64,000 nucleotides of DNA from an uncultured cyanobacterium (GTDB lineage Bacteria > Cyanobacteriota > Cyanobacteriia > Cyanobacteriales > CAWCAG01): contig CAWCAG010000005.1 of NCBI GenBank assembly GCA_963793425.1, positions 1,216,001 to 1,280,000 of the forward strand, written 5' to 3'. This document shows positions 1 through 10,361 of this stretch, piece by piece. A program made the position numbers and the translations under genes. The number at the start of each line of letters is the position of its first letter. Position 1 is the stretch's first letter. The notes beneath the pieces were generated by a model. That model was not told where the DNA came from and did not search any database. It saw only the letters and a list, made by a program, of their open reading frames with translations.

Positions 1-186
1 CGAGGAATGGAGTTATTGCGGGAAGGCAAAGCTATTAATTATCAAGGGGTTAGCGGCAATGTTGATTTGGATAATAATGGTGATGTGGTAGTAGGCGGTT
101 ACGAGGTTTGGAGGGTAACGGAAGAGGGAGAGTTAGGAATAACAAAATTCCCTGAATTTTCAGAAACTCAAGACTCAGCCCTTTAA
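1..186 (+). CDS. 3' end of a probable ABC transporter substrate-binding protein (branched-chain/neutral amino acid, NatB-like); partial
   Basis: Frame 1 reads RGMELLREGKAINYQGVSGNVDLDNNGDVVVGGYEVW...* with TAA at 184-186. The INYQGxSGNVDxDxNGDV motif is typical of the C-terminus of this family. Confidence 0.6.
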   Translation, partial: RGMELLREGKAINYQGVSGNVDLDNNGDVVVGGYEVWRVTEEGELGITKFPEFSETQDSAL

Positions 187-236
187 GCAGAAGTGGTATA
201 ACTGTAGAACAGTGAGTTAGCCAACTGGAGAAGGGT

Positions 237-633
237 ATGATTCAAGCCAGACCCAAACAAACCAATGTCCTTTGAAGAGTTTGTCGCCTGGTTACCTCAA
301 GACGGGCGATATGAATTAATTGATGGCAATGTTTTTGAGATGCAACCAACTGGAAAACATGAAGTGGTCAGTACTAATTGGGAAACAGACTACGCCCGGA
401 AGTATGAAGACTACGAAGTAATGGGTATTGCTGAATATTGGATTGCTGATTATTTGGGGATTGGTGGGAAAAAGTATCTTGGTTCCCCCAAGCGACCTAC
501 ATTCTCTGTTTGTACTTTAGTGGACGGTGAGTATCAGATGCAACAGTTTCGAGGAGATGAGATAATCGTCTCCCCAACTTTCCCTCAATTAAATCTAAGT
601 GCAAAACAAATTTTTGCAGCAGGAGAATGGTAA
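237..633 (+). pseudogene. Uma2-family (PD-(D/E)xK) endonuclease, internally deleted, with a frameshift near the start
   Basis: SFEEF...RYELIDG...PTGKHE is fused directly to EVVSTNWETDY...YWIADY, so the central part of the domain is missing. The upstream ATG at 237 (MIQARPKQ) is one base out of frame with the 265 ORF. Confidence 0.7.
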
Positions 634-634
634 T

Positions 635-967
635 TTAATGATTAGAAAAAACTTTACCTACCGCTTCAGCAATGCGTTCTAAGTCTTCATCTAATAATGG
701 AGGCCAATTAACTCTTGATCTGCGCCCTTTTTCGTAAAATTGCCTACTTCTGTAAGCTAATGAATAAAGAGGGTAAATTAATTCTTTCTCTAATTCTGGG
801 GCTTTCTGCAAGTTTTCCCACAAGATTTTTAAAGCCAGCAAAATGTTAGTCACTTGCCCTGGTATGGGGGCTTGGCTTTCCTGGAGACGTTTGAGTAAAG
901 TCTCGGTGTTAGAATCAGTTATGGTTCCTTGTTTAATTAGAAATTTACGAGCGGTTTGGTAATCCAT
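635..967 (-). CDS. Conserved cyanobacterial hypothetical protein
   Basis: 110-aa ORF; the motifs PIPGQVTNILLALK and WPPLLDEDL recall a small cyanobacterial family. Confidence 0.7.
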   Translation of the reverse strand: MDYQTARKFLIKQGTITDSNTETLLKRLQESQAPIPGQVTNILLALKILWENLQKAPELEKELIYPLYSLAYRSRQFYEKGRRSRVNWPPLLDEDLERIAEAVGKVFSNH

Positions 968-1049
968 ATATTCAAGCTAAAAGGGGCCATCACCCAAGTT
1001 AAAGGTAACTGAATTTTCTTACTTACTCTATTCCTTTCTTAATTAATTT

Positions 1050-2651
1050 GTGAGCGTATTTAACCAAGAAAGCCTGCTTTTCACCCCAGCTTCTCCGGAT
1101 CACGATGCTATTCCGGTTATTTTCGCTTTCCCTAATCAATACAGTGTCGGTATTACTAGTTTAGGTTATCAAGTTGTTTGGGCTACTTTGGCTAGACGTG
1201 CTGATCTTGATGTTAGTCGTCTGTTTACAGATATTCAAGAAGCCTTGCCCAGAAATCCAGAATTATTAGGTTTTTCTCTTTCTTGGGAATTAGATTACAT
1301 CAATATTCTCAACCTCTTAGAAAAATTAGCTATTCCTTTTCATTCTCAAGCTAGAAATAATTCCCATCCCTTCATTTTTGGCGGCGGGCCAGTTTTAACC
1401 GCTAATCCAGAACCCTTTGCCGCTTTTTTTGATATTATCCTTCTAGGAGATGGAGAAAATCTCCTTGATGAGTTTATTAATGCTTATCAACAAGTTAGAA
1501 ATGCAGACCGCTTAACTCAATTAAAGCATTTAGCAAAGGTTCCAGGAATTTATATTCCTAGTTTATATGAAGTAACCTACGCTGATCCTGAAGGGGCGAT
1601 CGCAACTATTGAACCTATTTTTGAGGATATTCCTGCCCAAATTCAAAAACAAACCTACCGAGGTAATCTCCTTTCTGCTTCTACTGTCGTAACCGAAAAA
1701 GCTGCTTGGGAAAATATCTATATGGTGGAGGTTGTACGCAGTTGCCCAGAAATGTGTCGCTTTTGCCTAGCAAGCTATCTTACCCTGCCTTTTCGTAGCG
1801 CCAGTTTAGAAACTTCCTTAATTCCAGCCATTGAAAGGGGCCTAAAAGTTACTAATCGTATCGGTTTATTAGGGGCATCAGTAACCCAACATCCAGAATT
1901 TAGTGATTTATTAGCTTATCTTTCTCAACCTGAATATGAACAAGTAAGGTTAAGTATTGCTTCAGTTCGTACTAATACCGTAACAGAAAACCTAGCAAAA
2001 ACCTTAGCTAACAGAGGCACTAATTCCCTTACCATCGCTGTAGAAAGTGGTTCGGAGAAATTACGCCAGATTATTAATAAAAAGTTGACAAATGAAGAAA
2101 TAATTCAAGCAGCCATTAATGCTAAAGCTGGCGGATTAAAGGCATTAAAGTTATATGGTATGGTGGGGCTTCCTGGAGAAGAAACTGAAGATGTTGAAGC
2201 AACAGTAGCCATGATGCAAGCAATTAAAAAAGCTGCCCCTGGTTTGCGTTTAAGCTTAGGTTGTAGCACCTTCGTTCCTAAATCCCACACTCCTTTTCAA
2301 TGGTTTGGTGTTAACTCCCAATCTCAAAAACGCCTCAAATTCCTACAAAAACAATTACGTTCCCAAGGCATTGATTTTCGTCCAGAAAGTTACAATTGGT
2401 CAGTGATTCAAGCTTTAATATCCAGAGGAGATAGGCGTTTAACCCCATTATTAGAACTTACTCGCGACTACGGGGACTCTTTAGGGAGTTACAAACGTGC
2501 TTTTAAACAATTACAAGGTAAGTTACCTAATCTCAATTTCTATGTTCATCAAAACTGGTCAACTGACCAAATTCTGCCCTGGAATCACCTCCAAGGACCT
2601 CTCCCTCAAGAAACTCTCCTTAAGCATCGGCAAGAAGCATTTGGACATTAA
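1050..2651 (+). CDS. B12-binding domain radical SAM protein
   Basis: CxxxCxxC motif (CPEMCRFC) and an N-terminal cobalamin-binding-like region (GGGPVLTANPEP, GDGE). Confidence 0.9.
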   Translation: MSVFNQESLLFTPASPDHDAIPVIFAFPNQYSVGITSLGYQVVWATLARRADLDVSRLFTDIQEALPRNPELLGFSLSWELDYINILNLLEKLAIPFHSQARNNSHPFIFGGGPVLTANPEPFAAFFDIILLGDGENLLDEFINAYQQVRNADRLTQLKHLAKVPGIYIPSLYEVTYADPEGAIATIEPIFEDIPAQIQKQTYRGNLLSASTVVTEKAAWENIYMVEVVRSCPEMCRFCLASYLTLPFRSASLETSLIPAIERGLKVTNRIGLLGASVTQHPEFSDLLAYLSQPEYEQVRLSIASVRTNTVTENLAKTLANRGTNSLTIAVESGSEKLRQIINKKLTNEEIIQAAINAKAGGLKALKLYGMVGLPGEETEDVEATVAMMQAIKKAAPGLRLSLGCSTFVPKSHTPFQWFGVNSQSQKRLKFLQKQLRSQGIDFRPESYNWSVIQALISRGDRRLTPLLELTRDYGDSLGSYKRAFKQLQGKLPNLNFYVHQNWSTDQILPWNHLQGPLPQETLLKHRQEAFGH

Positions 2652-2693
2652 ACATTAAACATTTATAATTTCCTAGAATTTTATTGCTAAAAT

Positions 2694-2882
2694 ATGCAAA
2701 ATACTGCTCAATATTATTGTGCTTTTTGTGGCGAACCGAGTATAACTTTTATCGATATTAGTGCTGGTTTGCAACAATCATACACAGAAGATTGTCAAGT
2801 TTGTTGTCGCCCCAACATACTTTATATACGTGTTGATGAAGACACTCTTGATATTGAAATTGATACAGATTGTGAAAGCTGA
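2694..2882 (+). CDS. CPXCG-motif cysteine-rich small protein
   Basis: CAFCG...YTEDCQVCCRP zinc-ribbon motif. Confidence 0.85.
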   Translation: MQNTAQYYCAFCGEPSITFIDISAGLQQSYTEDCQVCCRPNILYIRVDEDTLDIEIDTDCES

Positions 2883-3052
2883 ACTAAAACCATTTTTTGT
2901 TTTGATAAAACAGCTTGAGACTTAGTTAATACTGTTGAGGATGCTAAAGACGCTATTGATTGATTAATTAACCAGTACTTCGGTTGTATGAGTTTTTGAA
3001 TTAGGCTTATTTCACTGTGGTGGTTGCCTAATTCATTTTTTTTGCGATCACA

Positions 3053-3336
3053 CTAGAGTTTCTTGAAATATCTGGCGATTGGTAAGAGTCCAATTTCAGG
3101 GCAATAAAACCCACAGTTGAACCAGCATCTATGGCAACCCAGACATTCATATCTTTTGCAGCACAGACATCCTCAACCGCCTTTTGTTGGCTCACACGCC
3201 AATTATCAGGATAGAATTCCTGGTATAAATCCAAGTCCATCACTTTCTCAATTGAATCGAAGACGGAAGCCCATGCTCGAAGTGAAAGACGAATGACTGC
3301 ATCAAGTTGATGAGCCTTGTAAGGTTCAATCTGCAT
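3053..3336 (-). pseudogene. GNAT acetyltransferase, internally deleted
   Basis: The N-terminal half (...GSTVGFIALKLDS) is joined out of frame to the family-like C-terminus GLLPIARYFKKL* (TAG at 3053-3055). The acetyl-CoA-binding motif A is missing. Confidence 0.7.
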
Positions 3337-3368
3337 TTTCTATATCGCCATCAATTCATACCAAAGCC

Positions 3369-3630
3369 CGTAGTGGCATGACACAGCTAAAGTAGTGCAA
3401 TAGATTATCACTTAGAAACATGAATAAAAACAGTATGACTCTTTTTCTAAAGCATCATTTTAGGCGTGTCACGCCAGTAGGATTGGTTAGGCGTTGATCT
3501 AATTACGCCATTAACCTTTAGCTCACAAGTTGCCGTAACCCATCAATCACAGCAAGACAAGAAGGAGAAAATTATTGAAGAGCAAAATTACTTTTGAAAA
3601 TGCCTTTTTAGGGCGCACCTTTCCCACCAT
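3369..3630. repeat. Degenerate REP/MITE-like inverted-repeat cluster
   Basis: Inverted pair TGGCATGACAC (about 3374) / GTGTCACGCCA (3466-3476), followed by a GTAG-led pair GATTGGTTAGGCG / CCGTAACCCATC. Confidence 0.45.
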
Positions 3631-3794
3631 GTACATAATACCATGTCAAGAGAGCAAAATGCCAGCAAACTATAAATTAATAACACCAAATCCTGTTTAG
3701 TTGCACAAGTAGTCCAATAAATAAAATATCCTCACCAAGTCAAGATTCTAACAATTAGCAACTAGCAACTAGCCATTAGCAGTTAGCAAAAAAA

Positions 3795-6074
3795 TTAACT
3801 TCCTACTTGCCAAATTGAATAAGCCCCCCAAAGAGCAGCAATAATTAAAAGAATCGTTACCCAAACTGGGTAACCGCTACGAATTATTTTCCCGTCTTTA
3901 GTTTCGATGGTATCTACATCAATCCAAGCAGTACTACCCCGACGAAACCAGCCTGTAACCGTGACATTTTGCTCAATTAACTGGCAAGGGCGTTTAACGA
4001 AAAGAAATCGCCAAGAGTTGAAACGTAACATCGGCAAAATCACTTTTCCAGAACGATGTTGGGCAATATCTAAAGGTAACAAATTACCCAAGGGGCCAAG
4101 TTTAGAAAAGAAGTGCAGTTTAATTAAACCAGTGGAAGTTGCTAAAACTAAATCCTGTACTAACCAATTACTTATTCCTTCTCGCCCTAAGAGTTTGCCA
4201 CTCATTTGTATTCCTTGACTATCTGGGGGTAAAGCTTGAGAATCCGTGACTAAATCTTGTAAACGAGGTTCGGTACGAGTGGGAGAAATATTAATATCAG
4301 GGAAGTAATTGTTAACTAAAAGAATGGTAACGAGACTAAAGGCAAAGAGAATACAAGCATCAAGGAAAAATTGAGCATTGTATAACCAAATTAATTGAGA
4401 AATATTCAGCCAATCGCCGATTTTACCAATTATCCAGAGGACACCCCGAAACAGAAGCCCGAAGAGTGTACCGGCGATAATAGCACTTTGCAAGATTGGT
4501 AAGGCACGATAGCTGTTTTTAATTTTTTGTAACAGGGCTACATTATTTTTCGGTGGTGGTGTGAGGGTTGGTAAATCTAATTCTGGTTGTAGCTTCCAGA
4601 AATAAGCATAACGTCCTAAAAGATAAAGGCGATCTCCTGTGAGGGCATGGGAGTTGGTTAAGGCTAACCAATGGCGATAGGGGTTGGTACATTCCCAAGC
4701 TAAGACTAATTCCAAGGGAGTATGATCGGGGAAGCTGCCCACACCCATAGCTTGTTTATGACCGAGGGGCATCATCACATCAAACCCTTCTAAAAGCCAA
4801 GTTGTATAGCCCTTTTTGGCTATACTTTCTGCCATACCCATGGCAATTTTCAGCAAACCACGGCTAAGGGCATTGGGGTTGCCAGTAATTTCTGTTGCGG
4901 CGCGATCGCTATAATAAACTCGCCGACGGGAAAACCAGAGAATGGTCAATTTTAATAGCCAATAAATGCCATAAAATAGAGTGGCGAAGATAGCAGCAAT
5001 GCCCCTAATAATGGGGATGTAGGGAGGAGACTTTGATTTATTCTGAAATTTCCCCCCCCATTGTGAGATTTGCCAATAAAGAATGTAGGGAAGTTGTATA
5101 ACTAACATCGCTACAGACATAGGTAAGAAATCCCAATAAATGATATGTCCTAATTCATGGGCATAAATAGCTTCAATTTCTTTAATTTCTAACTTATCTA
5201 ACAATCCTTGACTAACTACAATTCTGGCTGTGCGAGGTAAGTTACCGTAACTTACAGCCAAAGGAATATCCGTAGGTAAAATGCCTAATTTAGGAATGGG
5301 AATTTTCTTATTTCGACAATACCTTTGTAAAGTCTTGGCTACTTCTGGATACTGCGTGGCAAATTTAGTGATGGGGAGAGGTTGCCAACCATGAAACTTT
5401 TTCAGCAGAAAATCTAATAACCAAGGGGCAGCTATAGCCAGGATACCCAAAGCTACCAATAAAAAATTAGTGGGGTCGCGATAGAAAATTTGTAGAGGAC
5501 GAAGCAACGGCAACCAATTAAGGAAGTTATTAATAGCCCCCATCCCCAACTCAACCAACCAACGCAACACGACAAAAAAAGCGATTCCACAAACAACTTC
5601 CACCGCCCACAAACGATATCTTTTCAACCGCTTCATTGGCTTCCAAGTTTGCGCCCCTTCAGCATTACGCCACTGTCTGCCTGGGGTGAAAATTGAGGGG
5701 CGATATTGAGAAGAAGAAGCGACATTAATAGGAAGTTGAGGATTAGCAACTTCTTCGGGAGGTTTCAGCTTAACGGAGGAATTAGCAGCTTTAGCTTGGG
5801 AAAAGCGATTATTCAAATCTACCAAAGTTCGCGATGCCCAACTACTAATTTTCGGATCACGAATTTCTGTTAAGCCATGACATAGGTTAATCGCTTTTTG
5901 GGGTTCACCACTTTCGCAATAAGCTAATATAAGTCCTTGTTGCGCCAAAGCAATCAGATTTTCATCCAACTCTACTTCGCATATACCCTGAAAATGTGCG
6001 ATCGCAGTAGCATAATCCTTTTCATTTAAAGCTAATTTTCCTGCTTCATAATCAGGATTACTAACAGATGCCAT
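3795..6074 (-). CDS. M48 (HtpX-like) membrane Zn metalloprotease with N-terminal TPR-like region
   Basis: HELGH zinc motif, YYSDRAA segment, several TM segments and an N-terminal helical TPR-like repeat. Confidence 0.85.
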   Translation of the reverse strand: MASVSNPDYEAGKLALNEKDYATAIAHFQGICEVELDENLIALAQQGLILAYCESGEPQKAINLCHGLTEIRDPKISSWASRTLVDLNNRFSQAKAANSSVKLKPPEEVANPQLPINVASSSQYRPSIFTPGRQWRNAEGAQTWKPMKRLKRYRLWAVEVVCGIAFFVVLRWLVELGMGAINNFLNWLPLLRPLQIFYRDPTNFLLVALGILAIAAPWLLDFLLKKFHGWQPLPITKFATQYPEVAKTLQRYCRNKKIPIPKLGILPTDIPLAVSYGNLPRTARIVVSQGLLDKLEIKEIEAIYAHELGHIIYWDFLPMSVAMLVIQLPYILYWQISQWGGKFQNKSKSPPYIPIIRGIAAIFATLFYGIYWLLKLTILWFSRRRVYYSDRAATEITGNPNALSRGLLKIAMGMAESIAKKGYTTWLLEGFDVMMPLGHKQAMGVGSFPDHTPLELVLAWECTNPYRHWLALTNSHALTGDRLYLLGRYAYFWKLQPELDLPTLTPPPKNNVALLQKIKNSYRALPILQSAIIAGTLFGLLFRGVLWIIGKIGDWLNISQLIWLYNAQFFLDACILFAFSLVTILLVNNYFPDINISPTRTEPRLQDLVTDSQALPPDSQGIQMSGKLLGREGISNWLVQDLVLATSTGLIKLHFFSKLGPLGNLLPLDIAQHRSGKVILPMLRFNSWRFLFVKRPCQLIEQNVTVTGWFRRGSTAWIDVDTIETKDGKIIRSGYPVWVTILLIIAALWGAYSIWQVGS

Positions 6075-6222
6075 GACTCAACACCCCCATCAAACTTTCC
6101 CCCAGAATAACAATGGTTGTCCTTTGCTACCATCTTTCCCAAGATGTGATGCGGTTATGGCAGCAAGCTGTCAGACATTTAGATTTATTGCTGGGGTAGG
6201 GAGTAGGGAGTATAGAGAAAAG

Positions 6223-6786
6223 TCAACTAAACATTTGTCGTATCTCGATACTCACTTCCGGAAAAGTTAGGGGAGAAATACTCTCTGCTGCGGTTAAACA
6301 TAACTCCTCTTGGTATCCCTCCAGAGTGGGTTGCCGCAACACCAACAATTTACGCTCATTAATATCTAGAATCCAGTAATCCCTAATACCACTTCTTGCA
6401 TAAGCCAATCCTTTGTACTCGCGATCACGCTTCAAGGTTGTGTCGGAGATTTCTACCAGCAGAAAAACCTCTTCGGGGACAGGGTGGTGTTCTTCGTAAT
6501 AAAACGGATCTGGTTTAACTATAGCTAAATCCGGTTCTGGTTCAGAATAGTTGTCTAACCTTACTGGTTCCTGGGTGCGGATTAAAACCTGTTCTCCAAG
6601 ACACCTTTCTAACAACTTCTCCACTCGTTTGTTAGCTGCACTATGAGGTGGATTTTTCACTGGTTTGTTAAGAATTTGTCCACCAACTAACTCTACCTCC
6701 TCATCAGGCTCTAGGATGCCAATTTTTCCAAGCTGGTGATACTCTGAAACAGTTAAACGACGGATATCTACTAAGCTATTAAGCAT
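6223..6786 (-). CDS. Uma2-family endonuclease
   Basis: RRLTVSEY...ELVGG...EPEPDLAI...LLVEISD...YARSGIRDYWILD. Confidence 0.9.
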   Translation of the reverse strand: MLNSLVDIRRLTVSEYHQLGKIGILEPDEEVELVGGQILNKPVKNPPHSAANKRVEKLLERCLGEQVLIRTQEPVRLDNYSEPEPDLAIVKPDPFYYEEHHPVPEEVFLLVEISDTTLKRDREYKGLAYARSGIRDYWILDINERKLLVLRQPTLEGYQEELCLTAAESISPLTFPEVSIEIRQMFS

Positions 6787-6886
6787 TTTTTGAGAAATGA
6801 ATTCTATATAGATACTGCTTATAACTATCTTATAGTCTAAATTCCTCTATGTATCCTGGTGATGAGAATGAAGATTCAAGATTTTT

Positions 6887-6995
6887 CTAGTGGTCTGTCA
6901 TTTTTGCTTTTGTGCGTTAACAATCTCTAAAACTCTTTTAGGACAAGGTATAAAAAAGCGAGTAACCCATATTATCGAGATTGACAGACCACTAG
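6887..6995. mobile_element. MITE, 109 bp, with perfect 14-bp terminal inverted repeats
   Basis: CTAGTGGTCTGTCA (6887-6900) ... TGACAGACCACTAG (6982-6995), with a non-coding interior. Confidence 0.7.
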
Positions 6996-7008
6996 TTGCG
7001 ATCGCCAC

Positions 7009-7045
7009 AAAAAATGGTACTGAGAATTTTACAACTCAGCACCAT
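7009..7045 (-). terminator. Probable intrinsic terminator of rbcLXS
   Basis: Stem ATGGTACTGAG / CTCAGCACCAT followed on the minus strand by a T-run, just downstream of rbcS. Confidence 0.6.
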
Positions 7046-7072
7046 CTTAATTAAACTCAAATTCTACTTACC

Positions 7073-7408
7073 TTAGTAACGGCTAGTACCAGGTTTGTGA
7101 ACAATAAAGCTAATAGTTTGACATTGCTTAATATTGTCAAAACCAGCTACCCGAATATAAACATTAGGATACTCCTGACGGCACTCTCTGATTTCATTGA
7201 GAACATCTTGAGGGCTATTAACTTGGAACAAAGGTAACTTCCACAAAGTCCAGTGGTAATCTGTAGGTGCTGGATCTTCTTCAAATTCAATAGCAGGAAT
7301 AAAACCTTGATCCAACATATACTCAATTTGTCGAGCAATTTGCTGGTCGGTTAAAGGGGGTAAATAAGAGAGAGTTTCGTAACGACGCTCTTTTGGTAAT
7401 GTTTTCAT
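7073..7408 (-). CDS. rbcS: RuBisCO small subunit (form IB)
   Basis: [19 protein letters not shown]...WTLWKLPLF. Confidence 0.98.
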   Translation of the reverse strand: MKTLPKERRYETLSYLPPLTDQQIARQIEYMLDQGFIPAIEFEEDPAPTDYHWTLWKLPLFQVNSPQDVLNEIRECRQEYPNVYIRVAGFDNIKQCQTISFIVHKPGTSRY

Positions 7409-7441
7409 GTTTTTTGCCTTTAGCTTAAATTAGTAAAATTG

Positions 7442-7825
7442 TTAATCTGGGGAGTCATTGGTATCCAACTCCGGTTCTGTATCCTGTTCAGAGGTTTGGG
7501 TTAAACGTTCCAAAAGTTGCTTGCGCCTTTCCAAGTTAGATTCTTGAATGCTCTGACGCAGCATTCCTGGCAAAAAATCTACCACTGCTTCTGCTAGTTC
7601 TTGACGAACTGTCATAATCCGCAGCACCAAATCTTTTCTTTCCAACATCAAACCTTCTAAATAAGCTTCTCCGTCTTGGAGTTTGCCAGAGGAATATTGC
7701 CTTAGCCAGATCCCTTGAGGTGGATTGGTTTCTGACAACTGTTCCACAATTGTCTTCACCGCTTGAAAGGTCAAGTAGTTCTGAATTGCTTTAGTTGTCT
7801 CTTGGGCAACTTTTTTTGGATACAT
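7442..7825 (-). CDS. rbcX: RuBisCO assembly chaperone RbcX
   Basis: YLTFQAV...QLSETNPP...LRIMTVR, located between rbcL and rbcS. ATG at 7825 preferred over TTG at 7843. Confidence 0.95.
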   Translation of the reverse strand: MYPKKVAQETTKAIQNYLTFQAVKTIVEQLSETNPPQGIWLRQYSSGKLQDGEAYLEGLMLERKDLVLRIMTVRQELAEAVVDFLPGMLRQSIQESNLERRKQLLERLTQTSEQDTEPELDTNDSPD

Positions 7826-7911
7826 TACGCTTACCCATGCCAATGAGGGTTTTTGTAGTAGTTAGTTTATTGATGTTCACCAATTTATAACAACTAACCA
7901 CTAACAAACTG

Positions 7912-9330
7912 TTACAGGGTATCCATTGCCTCGAACTCGAACTTGATTTCTTTCCAGAGTTCACAAGCAACTTTCAACTCAGGACTCCAACGAGTAGCTT
8001 CGCGGATGACATCATTGCCTTCCCTGGCTAAGCTACGACCTTCGTTACGGGCTTGGATACAAGCTTCTAAGGCAACACGGTTAGCGGTTGCACCAGGAGC
8101 ATTACCCCAAGGGTGTCCTAATGTACCACCACCAAACTGTAAGCAAGAGTCGTCGCCAAAGATTTCTACCAAGGCTGGCATATGCCAAACGTGGATACCA
8201 CCAGAAGCTACAGGCATAACTCCAGGCATAGAAGCGTAGTCTTGGGTGAAGAAGATACCGCGCTCACGATCTTCTTCTACATAGTCTTCCCGCATGAGGT
8301 CAACGAAGCCCATGGTGATGCCTCGCTCACCTTCTAGCTTACCCACAACGGTTCCAGAGTGGAGGTGATCACCACCAGACATCCGCAAGCACTTCGCTAA
8401 AACGCGGAAGTGAATACCGTGGTTACGTTGACGATCGATTACGGCGTGCATAGCGCGGTGAATATGCAGCAGTATGCCATTATCGCGACACCAACGGGCT
8501 AAGGTTGTATTCGCTGTGAAACCACCGGTGAGGTAGTCGTGCATGATGATCGGACTACCAATTTCTTTGGCAAACTCAGCCCGTTGCATCATTTGCTCTA
8601 CAGTAGGAGCAGTAACGTTAAGGTAGTGACCTTTAACTTCGTTAGTTTCTGCTTGAGATTTTTCAATCGCTTCTTGAACAAATAAGAAGCGATCGCGCCA
8701 GCGCATGAAAGGCTGGGAGTTAATATTTTCGTCGTCTTTGGTGAAGTCTAAGCCACCCCGCAGACATTCATATACAGCTCTACCATAGTTTTTCGCTGAT
8801 AGACCTAATTTAGGCTTAATAGTACAACCTAGTAAGGGGCGACCATATTTATTTAACTTATCCCGCTCAACCACGATACCGTGGGGAGGCCCTTGGAAGG
8901 TTTTCATGTAAGCAACGGGGATTCTTAAGTCTTCTAAACGTAATCCTCGTAATGCTTTGAAACCAAATACGTTACCTACAATTGAGGTCAACATATTGGT
9001 AACAGAACCTTCTTCAAACAGATCCAAAGGATAAGCTACAAAACAGAAATATTGATTGTCTTCTCCGGGAACTGCTTCAATATCGTAACAACGACCTTTG
9101 TAGCGGTCTAGGTCTGTTAGTCCATCAGTCCATACTGTTGTCCATGTACCTGTCGAAGACTCAGCAGCAACAGCAGCAGCAGCTTCTTCTGGGGGGACTC
9201 CTGGTTGGGGAGTCATGCGGAAAGCAGCTAAGAGATCAGTGTCTTTAGGTGTGTAGTCTGGGGTGTAATAAGTTAGACGATAGTCCTTTACACCAGCTTC
9301 AAATCCGGCGGATGATTTTGTTCGTGCCAT
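7912..9330 (-). CDS. rbcL: RuBisCO large subunit (form IB)
   Basis: [10 protein letters not shown] catalytic motif; 472 aa. Confidence 0.99.
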   Translation of the reverse strand: MARTKSSAGFEAGVKDYRLTYYTPDYTPKDTDLLAAFRMTPQPGVPPEEAAAAVAAESSTGTWTTVWTDGLTDLDRYKGRCYDIEAVPGEDNQYFCFVAYPLDLFEEGSVTNMLTSIVGNVFGFKALRGLRLEDLRIPVAYMKTFQGPPHGIVVERDKLNKYGRPLLGCTIKPKLGLSAKNYGRAVYECLRGGLDFTKDDENINSQPFMRWRDRFLFVQEAIEKSQAETNEVKGHYLNVTAPTVEQMMQRAEFAKEIGSPIIMHDYLTGGFTANTTLARWCRDNGILLHIHRAMHAVIDRQRNHGIHFRVLAKCLRMSGGDHLHSGTVVGKLEGERGITMGFVDLMREDYVEEDRERGIFFTQDYASMPGVMPVASGGIHVWHMPALVEIFGDDSCLQFGGGTLGHPWGNAPGATANRVALEACIQARNEGRSLAREGNDVIREATRWSPELKVACELWKEIKFEFEAMDTL

Positions 9331-9631
9331 TTGCTAATATCCTCTATCGTTTCGGAGGCAGATTTTTTTACTAAGAGATTGAGAGATTCTCGGAATGCTT
9401 ACTAATTTAATTTCTAGTATCTAGAAAAATAGTTTGCTTCCAGAAAGTGGGAAATTGATAGCCAGTTATTCTTGACTAATTTTCTCATATTTAAGAAGTT
9501 ATCTTAACATGAATTTTAAACTTTTTGTTAAGCAACAATTATTTGTTTTGACGCTTTTATATTACCCTTATTTTGGGCATTATGTTAATTTAGTTTATAG
9601 TAAGTAAATTGCTATAAAAAACCATTAACTA

Positions 9632-10231
9632 TCAAGAATTATCTTCAGAGTTATTATTTAATGATTGACGATGAGGCAAAATAGTCCCTAAAATTTGCTG
9701 GACTTGCATTTGGCCGTAGATATAAGCCTGGGATTTCGGCTTAACCTCAGATTTACCATTTTGCTCCGCTAATTTAGGCTCTTCTTCAGTGGCAGTCTCA
9801 GATTTGTTCTCATCTTCTAGGTCATCGCCATGAGAATCATCTTCTTCTGTATCTTGAAGTCCAGAATCAATTGGAGCTTGGCGAGAAGGATCTCCCAACA
9901 ATGAACCGGCTTGGATAACTTGCATTTCTTTAACAGAAGCATTAAAGATGGTCGTTGCTGCCCCTATACAAGCATTAGCACCAATCTTTCCTACACCGAC
10001 AATTAAAACTCCTACACCCAAGCTAGCGGAACAGCCTATTTCAATAACCCCTTTACAGGCATGAATAACTGTTCCCGAACCAATACAAACTCCCGCCTTA
10101 ACAACAATTTTGCTATTGGCTGCTGCTCTTAAAATGACTCCTGGAGCCAGGATTGCACTCGGATCAACTGTCACGTCACCGCTCAGATGAACTTGAAGAT
10201 CACCAACTGGTTGCAGAGGGCGCAAATACAT
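9632..10231 (-). CDS. ccmN: Carboxysome assembly protein CcmN
   Basis: Hexapeptide-repeat N-terminus and a C-terminal encapsulation-peptide-like IYGQMQVQQILGTILPH; lies directly after ccmM. Confidence 0.92.
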   Translation of the reverse strand: MYLRPLQPVGDLQVHLSGDVTVDPSAILAPGVILRAAANSKIVVKAGVCIGSGTVIHACKGVIEIGCSASLGVGVLIVGVGKIGANACIGAATTIFNASVKEMQVIQAGSLLGDPSRQAPIDSGLQDTEEDDSHGDDLEDENKSETATEEEPKLAEQNGKSEVKPKSQAYIYGQMQVQQILGTILPHRQSLNNNSEDNS

Positions 10232-10361
10232 GATACTAATTCTCTCAAGTCAGGCTGTAGGGGGATTGAGGAGCTAGGGAGCTAGGGTAATAGAGAGCTA
10301 AAAGAGTATTACCTTTCCCCTTTCCCTTTATCCTTTGCCCCTTACCCTTTAACGGGTCTAC

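Noticed and set aside
9331..9631. LysR-type (T-N11-A) sites upstream of rbcL
   Set aside because: Expected biologically, but the motif is too degenerate to place with confidence.
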